DNA of 64,000 bases from Candidatus Omnitrophota bacterium (GCA_015233335.1 JADFXX010000003.1:29694-93693), one strand, 5' to 3'; counted from the first letter of the stretch, positions 36,197 through 47,964 are shown. Notes: generated by a model not told the origin, from the sequence alone. Program-made: numbers and translations.

Positions 36197-37471
36197 TTAT
36201 TTAAAAAAATCCAAAGGTAGTTGAATGTTGCGTTTAACAAATTTGTCATAGAAGGATGGTTTTTGATGATTCATAATCCAGTCTCCTATAACATGCGAGT
36301 GTTCATCAAACTTTTCTTGCTTAAAAGTGAAGATATCATCCAGGGAAATAACACCTTCTTCTTTTGCGTAACGCAGGTCAGTAATATTCGTGATCCGACG
36401 TATACCGTCGACAAATAGTTCAACATAAACAATGAGGTCAATCGAAGTTGCCAGCTGTTTCTGGATTTGCTCGCCACTCAAGCGGATACCGGACATCAGC
36501 ATCATAGTAATCATCCGGTTAAAGCATTCTTGTGGAGAATCCGCGTGGACAATGGCTAGAGCGCCGGCATGACCTGAAGCAATCGACTGCACTAGGTCTA
36601 AAATCTCATGGCCGCGTACCTCGCCGATAATGATGCGGTCCGGGCGCATACGCAAAGAATTGATAAACAAATCTCGGATCGTTACCTCTCCCTTACCCTC
36701 CATGTTGGAGGTCTTAGCCTGGAGGGAAACCACATGTTCCTGCATTAAGCGCAATTCCGATGTGTCCTCAATGGTAATAATACGCTCATGTTCGGGTATA
36801 TGACGTGAAAGCACATTAAGTAAGGTTGTTTTGCCGCTGCCGGTGGAGCCGCAAAAAACAATATTCAGTTTTGCTTTGATGGCGGCGACCAGAAAGGCCG
36901 CCATTTGGGGGTTGAGGGTTTTCTTTTCGATTAAATCATCGAGAGTCGTCAATTCACGTGAAAATTTTCTGATCGTCATGACAGGGCCGATCAGCGAACA
37001 TGGCGGTAAGATGACGTTCACACGCGAACCGTCAGACATGGAAAAATCCACATACGGAGAAGATTCATCGACACGACGGCTTGATCCCGAAGCAGAAATG
37101 ATTTTTTGTATTGTATGCATTAAATTGGCATTATCAGGGAAAGAGACATCGGTCTTCTCAATTTTACCCGCGCGCTGAATATATACCGATTTAAATCCGT
37201 TGACCATAATTTCAGTGATTGTCGCATCTTCAACCAATGGACGTAAGGGCCCCAAGCTGATGACAGACGCGGCCAACTCCCGCAGGATCGAAAGCCGCTC
37301 TTCAAGAGTGACTACCAATTTTGTTTCCTGACAGAGCTTATTGATCGCATTGTCGACAAAAGCGCGCAACTGTTCTTCCTGCATCGTATCTTTGAGTTCT
37401 AAGAAATTCGTTTTTGAGATCAGGTAATGATGGATGCGCGCCTTTATTTCATTGTGCTCAAAATTTGACAT
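36197..37471 (-). CDS. CpaF/TadA-family type IV secretion/pilus assembly ATPase
   Basis: 424 aa. Walker A CGSTGSGKTTLLN, TIEDTSEL, RPDRIIIGEVRG, and His box region IASGHAGALAIVHA. Confidence 0.85.
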   Translation of the reverse strand: MSNFEHNEIKARIHHYLISKTNFLELKDTMQEEQLRAFVDNAINKLCQETKLVVTLEERLSILRELAASVISLGPLRPLVEDATITEIMVNGFKSVYIQRAGKIEKTDVSFPDNANLMHTIQKIISASGSSRRVDESSPYVDFSMSDGSRVNVILPPCSLIGPVMTIRKFSRELTTLDDLIEKKTLNPQMAAFLVAAIKAKLNIVFCGSTGSGKTTLLNVLSRHIPEHERIITIEDTSELRLMQEHVVSLQAKTSNMEGKGEVTIRDLFINSLRMRPDRIIIGEVRGHEILDLVQSIASGHAGALAIVHADSPQECFNRMITMMLMSGIRLSGEQIQKQLATSIDLIVYVELFVDGIRRITNITDLRYAKEEGVISLDDIFTFKQEKFDEHSHVIGDWIMNHQKPSFYDKFVKRNIQLPLDFFK

Positions 37472-37483
37472 AGTTCACCTCGC

Positions 37484-38605
37484 TTAAAGTCCGGTTCCCC
37501 TAAATAATTTGATGATATTGTCAATCCAGCCGATACGTTCGAAATCAGAATAACATACAAATAATGCCAGCATGCAAATTAAGATAAACCCCGTTTTGGT
37601 AATCAACTGATCAGCTTTGAGCGATAATGCTTTGCCGCGTAATTTTTCTATGCCAATTAAAAATAAATGTCCTCCGTCTAATGGGATAACAGGCAGTAAA
37701 TTAAAAATCGCCAGAGAAGCGCTGATGACCCCTAGGATATGAAGTACAAAAGCAAAGCCTATGGTTAAGGCGAATTGAATCACAAAAAACATACCCACAA
37801 TACCCATGGCCTCTTTGGGAGATCGCTCACCGATCATCATTTCATACAACGCGACATAAGTTTTAATGGTGATAGTCCATAATTCTTCACCAGCTTTGGC
37901 AAAAGATTCAAAAAAGCCGTATCGGGTGATGACAATATCTTTGGCGCTATTAATGGGTTGCGGCCCCACACCGATGCGCCGGGTTAAATGATGACGGCCA
38001 AAAATGTCATGCGTATCTTGTTGTTGGGGTGCGATGATAATCGTAATTCTATGCCCTGCTCGTTCGATATTTAAAGTTAAATGATCACCAGTTGACCCTG
38101 AAATCAAATCCTGAAGTTGCGGCCAACGCTCAATGTTCTGGCCATTAATGCTCTTAATCTTATCGCCTAATTTAAGCCCTGCAATTTGGGCCGGCGAGTG
38201 AGGCGCAATTTCACCGATCAAGGGGGCAAGATTTTTTGTTGAAAGGTCCATATCAACATAACCGATCACGAACACAAACCAGAAACAAATGTAGGCCAAG
38301 AGCAAATTCACCACAGGTCCCATTAAAATAATCAATGCGCGCTGGCCGTAGGATTTAGAAAAGAATTCATCATTTTTCCCCAAGCATTTATCTCTCTCGT
38401 CACCGGCCATTTTCACAAAACCGCCTAAAGGTATGGCACACAAACAGAATTCCGTATTATCATAAACTTTCGAGTATAATTTCGGTCCAAATCCTAAAGC
38501 GAATTGCTCGACTCGTACTTTGCATTTACGAGCGGTGATGTAATGCCCCCACTCGTGAACAAGAATTAAAATACTCAATATAAAAATAAAAACAATCAAT
38601 GTCAT
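37484..38605 (-). CDS. rseP: RIP metalloprotease RseP (site-2 protease)
   Basis: 373 aa. HEWGHY zinc motif, single PDZ region, LNLLPVIPLDGGH. Confidence 0.9.
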   Translation of the reverse strand: MTLIVFIFILSILILVHEWGHYITARKCKVRVEQFALGFGPKLYSKVYDNTEFCLCAIPLGGFVKMAGDERDKCLGKNDEFFSKSYGQRALIILMGPVVNLLLAYICFWFVFVIGYVDMDLSTKNLAPLIGEIAPHSPAQIAGLKLGDKIKSINGQNIERWPQLQDLISGSTGDHLTLNIERAGHRITIIIAPQQQDTHDIFGRHHLTRRIGVGPQPINSAKDIVITRYGFFESFAKAGEELWTITIKTYVALYEMMIGERSPKEAMGIVGMFFVIQFALTIGFAFVLHILGVISASLAIFNLLPVIPLDGGHLFLIGIEKLRGKALSLKADQLITKTGFILICMLALFVCYSDFERIGWIDNIIKLFRGTGL

Positions 38606-39750
38606 AGCATCCTTAAAATGCTCTTAGTTTCTTGGCGAGCCCATTCATCAGCATGAATGATCTGGGCAAGCGAAGGATTTTCTACTATTGTATGACGGCC
38701 AATGACTTTTTCAATGACTTTATAAATACTTAAGAAATTGATTTTTCCGGCTAAAAATGCCTCTACGACTTCTTCATCCACCGCATTAAGGACGGCGGGT
38801 TGTGTCCCCCCCCGAAGGGCCGCTTCAAAAGCAAGACCTAAAGCCGGGAATTTCTTCATATCAGGACTTTCAAATGTTAGTTCACCCAAGGCCGCGAAAT
38901 CAGGTGGTTTTATTCCTGTCGGCAAACGTTGGGGATAAGTCAGAGCATATTGAATCGGCAAACGCATATCTGTTGCTCCCAGCTGAGCTAACAGGCAGCC
39001 ATCAGCGAATTCTACCATAGAATGGATGATTGCCTGTGGATGAATCAGGACATTGATTTGATCATGACTTAAATTAAATAAATGTTTGGCTTCGATAATC
39101 TCAAAACCTTTATTCATGAGAGTCGCTGAGTCTACTGTAATTTTTGGCCCCATTTTCCAGCGGGGGTGACATAAAATATCTTTGATAGTCATGTGTTTGA
39201 AATTCTTAGATGCTACCTTGCGTAAAGGGCCGCCAGAGGCCGTTAAATGGACTGACTTGACAGGTGATTTTTGTCCGTCCAGACATTGAAATATGGCGCT
39301 TTGTTCGCTGTCGATGGGTATAATTTGTGCATGGTGGACCAAGGCTTCCTTCATGATCAATTGGCCTGCCATGACTAAGGCTTCTTTGTTAGCGGGAGCG
39401 ACGGTTTTACCGGCTCGAACAGCCGCTAAAAACGGCATCAAAGCACCCGCACTACGCATAGCGATAATCACCGTATCTATTTCTTTTAATGATGCGATTT
39501 GCTCGGAATCACGGACAGGGTAAAATTTTACCCCTTTGGTGCCGATTTTTTTGAAATAAGCTAACCCCGTCTCCCCTACGGCCACATGCCGAGGTTTGTA
39601 TTTTTTAATCTGCTTCTCAAGCAGTTTAAAATTATTGCAGGCTGTCAGAGCCATCACTTGAAAACGTCCGGGATTCTGATCGACGACTTTCAGAGTGTTA
39701 AGGCCAATTGAGCCCGTTGAACCTAAGATAGCTATACGTCGTGGTGTCAT
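38602..39750 (-). CDS. dxr: 1-deoxy-D-xylulose 5-phosphate reductoisomerase
   Basis: 382 aa. ILGSTGSIG, ANKEALV, PIDSEQSAIFQC, HPRWKMG. Confidence 0.95.
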   Translation of the reverse strand: MTPRRIAILGSTGSIGLNTLKVVDQNPGRFQVMALTACNNFKLLEKQIKKYKPRHVAVGETGLAYFKKIGTKGVKFYPVRDSEQIASLKEIDTVIIAMRSAGALMPFLAAVRAGKTVAPANKEALVMAGQLIMKEALVHHAQIIPIDSEQSAIFQCLDGQKSPVKSVHLTASGGPLRKVASKNFKHMTIKDILCHPRWKMGPKITVDSATLMNKGFEIIEAKHLFNLSHDQINVLIHPQAIIHSMVEFADGCLLAQLGATDMRLPIQYALTYPQRLPTGIKPPDFAALGELTFESPDMKKFPALGLAFEAALRGGTQPAVLNAVDEEVVEAFLAGKINFLSIYKVIEKVIGRHTIVENPSLAQIIHADEWARQETKSILRML

Positions 39751-40574
39751 TGATGCAATGTTTTAAGCATTGAACTCATATATAGATAAAAAGCAGGGGC
39801 TGAGAATAACAGGCTGTCAATGATATCCAATACGCCTCCCATACCAGGCAATAATTTCCCGGAATCTTTAACGCCGCAGTCACGCTTGATCAATGATTCG
39901 GATAAATCACCAAGTTGTCCTAAGCCGCCGAAAAATGCACCCATAAAAAATATTTGCCAAAGAGGTAATTTTAAGTCTGCCGGTAGAAAAGACCGGAAAA
40001 CCAAGGCCGTGCATGCAGACATAAATACTGCTCCGAGGGCCCCTTCGATAGACTTGTTTGGGCTCACTTTTGGTAAAAGCGGATGCTTCCCTATGCTGCT
40101 GCCTATAAGCAATGCCCCAATATCAGCGCTTTTAGTCACTAAAAGAATAAATCCTACTAGTTTGACGCCATCCATACCCGGGAGCATGAGACGAATTTTT
40201 ACAAGAAAACTAAAAAACCAGGCGACATATAAAACCCCAAACAGAGTGGTCGACAAACCTAAAATGGCATGACGATTATCACGACGGGCAAATTGCATAA
40301 ATAAAATCAACAAAAACCCGATGACCGTAAATAATAGTTCCCAATTATTGGTCGGTTCAAAATGAGTAAAAATAGAAATGGGAATGAGAAGCCCGATTAG
40401 AATTCCGGTATAACTGTATATGGGCACATCTTTTTTACGAACCATGTAAAAGAATTCGTAAAGTCCGCCCGCTGTTAAAATGACCACTTCAAGAATAAAC
40501 AAAATATTAATACAGATGGCTAAAGCCGTTAAAGTGATCATGAGTATGGATGATAAAAGCCTTTTGGATGACAT
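39747..40574 (-). CDS. cdsA: Phosphatidate cytidylyltransferase
   Basis: 275 aa polytopic. SLIKRDCGVKDSGKLLPGMGGVLD signature. Confidence 0.85.
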   Translation of the reverse strand: MSSKRLLSSILMITLTALAICINILFILEVVILTAGGLYEFFYMVRKKDVPIYSYTGILIGLLIPISIFTHFEPTNNWELLFTVIGFLLILFMQFARRDNRHAILGLSTTLFGVLYVAWFFSFLVKIRLMLPGMDGVKLVGFILLVTKSADIGALLIGSSIGKHPLLPKVSPNKSIEGALGAVFMSACTALVFRSFLPADLKLPLWQIFFMGAFFGGLGQLGDLSESLIKRDCGVKDSGKLLPGMGGVLDIIDSLLFSAPAFYLYMSSMLKTLHQ

Positions 40575-40580
40575 AAAAAC

Positions 40581-41300
40581 TTATCCTGGCACCCTAATTG
40601 TGCCCCAGCGACGTTCTCTTTGGGTATAATTATCCAATGCTTTGTGAAATTCGCTTTCAGTAAAATCCGGCCAACATTTATCGGTAAAATATAATTCTGC
40701 GTAAGAAAGTTGCCATAAAAGAAAATTGCTGATCCTCTCCTCACCTGATGTGCGGATTAATAAATCAGGGTCCGGTTGTCCCCGAGTATAGAGATGGGAG
40801 CTGATCAATTGTTCATCAATTGAATCTGCATTTAATTTATCTTCACGCGCCAAAGAAACAATCGACTTAACAGCATCGATAATTTCAGCACGGGCACCAT
40901 AATTAAATGCTATATTCAGGGTCATACTTGAGTTATTCATTGTTAAATGCACGGCTTGGTCTATAGCTTTTAAAACTTCATCAGGCACGCCCGTTCGACG
41001 TCCAATAAAATTAATTCGAATACCGTTTCTTCCCAGATCCTTCGCTTTCTGCCCTAGTACGGCAATAAAGGTGCGCATGATCATGGATACTTCATCGGAA
41101 GGTCTCTTCCAGTTTTCTGTTGAAAAAGCATAAATGGTCAAGAATTTGATTCCGATATCATGGGCGGTTTTAATAATTTCTTGGATCCGTTTGACCCCTT
41201 CCATGTGGCCTTGCGTGCGGCCTAAGCCTCGGGCAGAAGCCCAACGTCCATTACCATCCATTATTATAGCTACATGTTGGGGAAGTTTATTTTTATCCAT
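40581..41300 (-). CDS. uppS: Isoprenyl transferase (undecaprenyl diphosphate synthase)
   Basis: HVAIIMDGNGRWA, FSTENWKRP, IRTSGEERISNFLLWQ. Start taken at MDKNKLPQ (ATG 41300), because the ORF-track extension would read through a GC-rich terminator hairpin. Confidence 0.9.
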   Translation of the reverse strand: MDKNKLPQHVAIIMDGNGRWASARGLGRTQGHMEGVKRIQEIIKTAHDIGIKFLTIYAFSTENWKRPSDEVSMIMRTFIAVLGQKAKDLGRNGIRINFIGRRTGVPDEVLKAIDQAVHLTMNNSSMTLNIAFNYGARAEIIDAVKSIVSLAREDKLNADSIDEQLISSHLYTRGQPDPDLLIRTSGEERISNFLLWQLSYAELYFTDKCWPDFTESEFHKALDNYTQRERRWGTIRVPG

Positions 41301-41328
41301 AAATAAAAAGGGGGATATCGAATCCCCC
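41301..41328 (-). terminator. Rho-independent terminator abutting the uppS start codon
   Basis: Minus strand GGGGGAT-TCGAT-ATCCCCC (7-bp GC-rich stem, 5-nt loop), followed by TTTTTATTT and then ATG of uppS. Confidence 0.6.
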
Positions 41329-41381
41329 ATCGTCAAAGTCATTAATCTCAACCGCGAACGCTTTTGATCAACGTTCAGACA

Positions 41382-41852
41382 TCAATGTCCCGCAGCCGCA
41401 GGTTGTGCAGAAGCCATTGGAGCGCCAGGAGGTTGAGCAGCCGCAGCTTGGGGCTGTTGGGTCGCCTGAGCTTGTTGGTTTAGAGCTTGGGCTGCCTCAA
41501 TTTGTTGGGATATTTTTGCTTTCTCTTGAAGTGCGGATTGTAACTTAGCTTCAAGGTCAGCTTTTGCCTGCGCTAATTCATCATATTGTTTCTTTAAATC
41601 CGTATTAACGTTCTTTTCCTGGTCGAGAATATCCTCAATCTTCGCCATTTTGTCCTTCTCATCCTTAAGTTGGGAGTTGAGGGTCGTTAATTTAGCGGCA
41701 TTCTTTTGTAAAGTTTCTTCGGCTACCATACGGCTATAGCGCTCTTCTTCCAAATTCTTAGAAGCTTTGTCCGCTTTTTCAGAGAACCGTACAAGCATGA
41801 CCGATAAGCCAACTGCAACTAATACAATGATCACTAAAATAATATCTTTCAT
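41382..41852 (-). CDS. Hypothetical membrane-anchored coiled-coil protein with Q/A/P-rich tail
   Basis: 156 aa. N-terminal TM IILVIIVLVAVGLSVMLV, heptad-like coiled coil, and tail QATQQPQAAAAQPPGAPMASAQPAAAGH. Confidence 0.45.
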   Translation of the reverse strand: MKDIILVIIVLVAVGLSVMLVRFSEKADKASKNLEEERYSRMVAEETLQKNAAKLTTLNSQLKDEKDKMAKIEDILDQEKNVNTDLKKQYDELAQAKADLEAKLQSALQEKAKISQQIEAAQALNQQAQATQQPQAAAAQPPGAPMASAQPAAAGH

Positions 41853-41864
41853 CAGAGTCGCCTC

Positions 41865-42491
41865 TTATTGTTCAGTAGTGTCACCGGTTTTGGTCTTTTC
41901 GATTTTAGGAAGAATGACGATTTCAACACGACGGTTTTTCTGCCGGCCATCCTTTGTATCATTAGGAGCTACGGGTTTGTATTCGCCGTATCCTATGGCA
42001 GCCAAACGCGGTTCGGCAACACTTTTTTCACTTAAATAATGCAAAACACTTAAAGCCCGGGCAGTTGATAATTCCCAATTAGATTTCCATCCAGATTTTT
42101 TGATCGGTTGATTATCTGTGTGGCCTTCAACACCGACACTTAGGTCTGCAACGGTTGTGTTTAAAACTCCGGCGACTTTGTCCAATTTACCCAATGAATC
42201 GCTGCGGAGCTTAGCTTTTCCTGAATCAAATAGAACTTCCGATACAAAGGTAATGACCAAGCCCTTGTCCTGCATTTCCACTTTGACCTGTTTATTGTTA
42301 ATATCATCTTTAAGGCGCTTTTCTAATTCTTCTTTGGCGCGTTGCAGTTCATTCATATCATTTTTTAATTTGGAGATTTTTTCAATGTCGGTCCGACGGC
42401 CTTTTTGAAAGATAACTGTACAGCCGGAAAGTCCTAAAGTTAGAGCTAAGACTAAGGTAAAATTCATGAGAATTGCTTTTTGACCACGCAT
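41865..42491 (-). CDS. OmpA/MotB-family peptidoglycan-binding lipoprotein with coiled-coil linker
   Basis: 208 aa. Lipobox LGLSGC. OmpA_C motifs GHTDNQPI…SNWELSTARALSVLHYL…GYGEYKPVAPNDT…NRRVEIV. Confidence 0.75.
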   Translation of the reverse strand: MRGQKAILMNFTLVLALTLGLSGCTVIFQKGRRTDIEKISKLKNDMNELQRAKEELEKRLKDDINNKQVKVEMQDKGLVITFVSEVLFDSGKAKLRSDSLGKLDKVAGVLNTTVADLSVGVEGHTDNQPIKKSGWKSNWELSTARALSVLHYLSEKSVAEPRLAAIGYGEYKPVAPNDTKDGRQKNRRVEIVILPKIEKTKTGDTTEQ

Positions 42492-42593
42492 TACAGCCCT
42501 CCTGGTTATACTTTACAAAATTAATTTAGAACTCAAATTATCACAGCCATTTATGAAAGTCAAGAAATGAATCACGATGTTCCTTAAGAAAGT

Positions 42594-44535
<1,942 letters not shown>

Positions 44536-44547
44536 TGGTTTATCCGA

Positions 44548-46134
44548 TTATATTTTTATAGTTTTGACAAAAAGGATATTCTTGGTTTTACGTAATTTCT
44601 CGATCACCGATTCTGATATTTCACTATCGACATTGACGACACTGACCGCGACCCCCTGCTGGTTTTCTCGGCCTAAAGTAATGCCGGCGATATTGATATT
44701 TTCCGATGCTAAGATCGTACCGATCGCTCCCACAATCCCTGGCTTATCATTATTGTTGATAAATAACATATGCCCTAAAGGAGCGGTCTCTACATAGACA
44801 TTGTTGATCTTGACGATACGCGGTTGTTTGTTACTGGATAATGTACCCAACAAAGAAAAAGGTTCACGATCAGTCGATACATCTAAAGCAATCGCGTTAA
44901 CATATTCCCCTTCCTGATTAGAGGCAATCTCGTTAATGCTAATGCCCCTATCCTTCATGATATTTAAGGCATTGATGGTATTAACACCCTCTTCCAAAAT
45001 AGGGGTCAAAAGTCCTTTGGCTAAAGACATGGTCACTGCTGTGATTTTTTCCTGGGCTACCGCTCCGCTGTAAGTGACGGTCACAGTTTTAATGCGTCCT
45101 TGGATCAGTTGGCCGGCAAATTTACCCATACGTTCCGCTAAATTAACATAGGGTTCAATAGCTTTATAAGCCTCTGCAGATAAGGACGGAAAATTGACGG
45201 CATTGCGTATGCCTTCTCCGGATAAGGCATCTTTAACCGCATGGGCTATTTCAATGGCTACGTTTAGCTGGGCTTCGGACGTGGATGCCCCCAAATGCGG
45301 GGTCGCAATGCAATTATCCAATTTAAAAAGAGGTGATTGAAAATCCGGAGGCTCAGTTTCGTAAACGTCCAATGCGGCCGCGGCTATGCGTTTTTCTCCT
45401 AAAGCCTTGATCAAAGCGGATTCGTCGATGATACCGCCTCTGGCACAATTAATGAGGCGAACTGTTTTTTTCATCAAAGAAATTTGTTCGTCTTTAATCA
45501 TATGGGTTGTTTCATCAGTTTTAGGGATATGTACGGTAATGTAATCTGAAGTTTTATAAAGTTCATTGAGATCAACAACCCTGATACCATTTTTGGCGGC
45601 AACTTCAACGGATAGATACGGATCATAACCGATCGTCACCATACCGAAAGCTTGGGCCATTTTGGCAACTGTCGAGCCGATGCGGCCTAAACCGATAATG
45701 CCTAATACTTTACCGTGAAGTTCGATTCCCGTGAACTTAGAACGTTCCCATTTACCAGCGCGCAGGGAAGCCACTGCCTGAGGGATATTGCGTGAAAGGG
45801 CCATGATCATGCTCATGGTATGCTCTGCGGTTGAGGTGGTGTTGCCCGCAGGGGTGTTCATAGCGACAATCCCCTTTTTAGTCGCAGCTTCCAGATCTAC
45901 GTTATCCAACCCTACCCCTGCACGTCCGATCACTTTTAATTTGTCTGCGGCTTCAATGATCTGGGCTGTGACCTGGGTGCCTGAACGGACGATCAGGCCG
46001 TCATAGTCCTTGATTATCTTTTTTAACTCATCTGCTGATATACCGAACTTACAGTCCACTGTAAATTTTCCGTCAGCTGTAAGGATATCAATGCCTTCTT
46101 TTTCCAATTTATCGCTGATTAAGATCTTGGGCAT
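44548..46134 (-). CDS. serA: D-3-phosphoglycerate dehydrogenase (long form with ACT domain)
   Basis: 528 aa. GIIGLGRIGSTVA NAD site, RGGIIDE, HLGAST, C-terminal ACT. Confidence 0.92.
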   Translation of the reverse strand: MPKILISDKLEKEGIDILTADGKFTVDCKFGISADELKKIIKDYDGLIVRSGTQVTAQIIEAADKLKVIGRAGVGLDNVDLEAATKKGIVAMNTPAGNTTSTAEHTMSMIMALSRNIPQAVASLRAGKWERSKFTGIELHGKVLGIIGLGRIGSTVAKMAQAFGMVTIGYDPYLSVEVAAKNGIRVVDLNELYKTSDYITVHIPKTDETTHMIKDEQISLMKKTVRLINCARGGIIDESALIKALGEKRIAAAALDVYETEPPDFQSPLFKLDNCIATPHLGASTSEAQLNVAIEIAHAVKDALSGEGIRNAVNFPSLSAEAYKAIEPYVNLAERMGKFAGQLIQGRIKTVTVTYSGAVAQEKITAVTMSLAKGLLTPILEEGVNTINALNIMKDRGISINEIASNQEGEYVNAIALDVSTDREPFSLLGTLSSNKQPRIVKINNVYVETAPLGHMLFINNNDKPGIVGAIGTILASENINIAGITLGRENQQGVAVSVVNVDSEISESVIEKLRKTKNILFVKTIKI

Positions 46135-46171
46135 AACCCGTTCCTTCCGTAATCATTATGTTGTATCGGTT

Positions 46172-47317
46172 TTAACTTTTGTTATTAAGGACTTTTTGGG
46201 CCGCTGTCAATGCGCTGCCAAGCTCAAATTTATGTCCCATTTGAAACAAGACTTTTTCTAAACAAGCCAGACCTGTCAGAATATCATACTCATCCAAGGA
46301 ACCCATATGTGCCATACGGATGACTTTACCTTTGAGATGGTCTTGTCCACCGGCAAAGGTGATACCGTAGGTATCGCGCATGGTTTTAGTTAATTTTTCT
46401 CCGTCAATGTTGGCGGGGACTTTAACCGCTGTCAACACATTGGTGGCACAGGTCTCATCAGGGAATAACTCGAGACCAATGGCCTTGCATCCGGCGCGTA
46501 CAGCACGGGCTAGATGCGCATAGCGGACAAACATATTATTTAAACCGTCTTTCTTAATCATGTTGAGACTTTCCACTAATGCGATCATTATACCGATGGC
46601 CGGTGTAAAAGGTGTGTCTGTTTTTTCCATCGCTTTTTTGCATTCGCGCAGATCAAAATAGTAACGCGGTGTAGCGCACTTGTTAATAAGATCAATAGCT
46701 TTCGCTGAAGCGCTGACAAAGGCCAAACCGGGAGGCAACATGAGCCCCTTATGAGAACCGGATACAACAATATCGCAATGCCATTCATCGGTCTTAATTT
46801 CCTGAACCGCTAAACCGGAAACCGCGTCCACGACTAGAACAGCTGGGGTTTTAGAAACAACTTCCCCGATAGCTTTGACATCAGGAGTAACACCGGTGGA
46901 AGTTTCTGCTAGGGTGATAAATACGGCTTTGGTGTCAGGGTTGGCTTCAAGTAACGATTTAATCTGGGATGCGCTGGGAGCCTTTCCCCATTCTACCTTA
47001 TGTACGATCGTGCGGGCGCCATAAGTTTGGCAAAGTTCTACCCATCGCTCTCCGAATTTTCCCCCATCGACCGCAATGGCCTTGTCATTAGGGGAGAGCA
47101 AATTCACGACAGCTGCCTCCATAGCTCCTGAACCCGAAGAAGTTAAAATATAAATGTCATTTTTGGTCTGGAAGATCTCTTTTAAGCCTTCAACCACCTG
47201 TTTGATGTTATCTTGGAACTGGGGAGTTCGGTGATGAATGATCGGCCGTCCTAAAACTTCACAAAGTTGGGCAGGCACTTGGGTTGGCCCTGGAGTTAAT
47301 AATAGATTGCGTTTCAT
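46172..47317 (-). CDS. Class V aminotransferase (serine-pyruvate/phosphoserine aminotransferase family)
   Basis: 381 aa. SGSHKGLMLPPGLAF PLP-lysine motif. Adjacent to serA, which suggests a phosphoserine aminotransferase role. Confidence 0.8.
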   Translation of the reverse strand: MKRNLLLTPGPTQVPAQLCEVLGRPIIHHRTPQFQDNIKQVVEGLKEIFQTKNDIYILTSSGSGAMEAAVVNLLSPNDKAIAVDGGKFGERWVELCQTYGARTIVHKVEWGKAPSASQIKSLLEANPDTKAVFITLAETSTGVTPDVKAIGEVVSKTPAVLVVDAVSGLAVQEIKTDEWHCDIVVSGSHKGLMLPPGLAFVSASAKAIDLINKCATPRYYFDLRECKKAMEKTDTPFTPAIGIMIALVESLNMIKKDGLNNMFVRYAHLARAVRAGCKAIGLELFPDETCATNVLTAVKVPANIDGEKLTKTMRDTYGITFAGGQDHLKGKVIRMAHMGSLDEYDILTGLACLEKVLFQMGHKFELGSALTAAQKVLNNKS

Positions 47318-47333
47318 AGCTTGGTACCTTTCT

Positions 47334-47942
47334 TTATTTTATGACTTCGCCAAAATGAGTAATCACTCCGTCTACTAAACCATAGTCTTTTGCCTCTTGG
47401 GAGGACATAAAAAAGTCGCGATCGGTATCTTTAACGATTTTTTCCAAGGGTTGATGAGTATGGTTAGATAAAATTTTATTAAGTTCATGCTTCATGCGTA
47501 AAATTTCTTCGGCCTGAATGGAAATATCGCTGGCCGTACCCTGTGCGCCCCCCCAAGGCTGATGGATCATAATGCGGGCATTCGGAAGCGCATAGCGTTT
47601 CCCCTTGGCGCCAGCAGTTAACAAGACGGCTCCCATGCTTGCCGCCTGACCTACACAGCAAGTCACCACATCTGGTTTTACATATTGAATTGTATCATAA
47701 ATGGCTAACCCGGCAGTTACGGAACCGCCCGGAGAGTTGATATATAAAAATATATCCTTTTCTTTGTCTTCGGACTGTAAAAACAAAAGCTGGGCGATGA
47801 TTAAATTAGCGACATGATCATCAACGGCCATCCCTAAAAAAACGATACGTTCTTTAAGGAGCCTAGAATAAATATCATAAGCGCGTTCGCCATGACTGGT
47901 TTTTTCAACGACCATCGGGACTAATATTTGTGCATGAGGCAT
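47334..47942 (-). CDS. clpP: ATP-dependent Clp protease proteolytic subunit
   Basis: [19 protein letters not shown] (Ser), MIHQP (His). Start set to ATG 47942 (MPHAQIL) with AGGAG 7 nt upstream. The ORF-track start at 47963 is a TTG. Confidence 0.95.
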   Translation of the reverse strand: MPHAQILVPMVVEKTSHGERAYDIYSRLLKERIVFLGMAVDDHVANLIIAQLLFLQSEDKEKDIFLYINSPGGSVTAGLAIYDTIQYVKPDVVTCCVGQAASMGAVLLTAGAKGKRYALPNARIMIHQPWGGAQGTASDISIQAEEILRMKHELNKILSNHTHQPLEKIVKDTDRDFFMSSQEAKDYGLVDGVITHFGEVIK

Positions 47943-47964
47943 AGTTTTCTCCTGTTTAAACAAT

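Noticed and set aside
39820-40272. Long plus-strand ORFs antisense to real genes: 39820-40272 (150 aa), 48923-49345 (140 aa), 57937-58347 (136 aa), 12298-12672 (124 aa), 33037-33372, 36831-37178, 52032-52379, 56719-57069, 61615-61965 and many 60-100 aa ones.
   Set aside because: Each lies entirely inside a well-supported minus-strand gene. They have low-complexity or Ser/Arg/Pro-rich shadow-frame composition and no recognisable motifs or SD. I treat them as antisense shadow ORFs.
40587-40602. Plus-strand TGGCAC-CCTAA-TTGTG, a sigma-54-like motif at the cdsA/uppS junction.
   Set aside because: The -12 element is TTGT rather than TTGC. The motif points antisense into uppS, and there is no plus-strand gene downstream. 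It is most likely chance.
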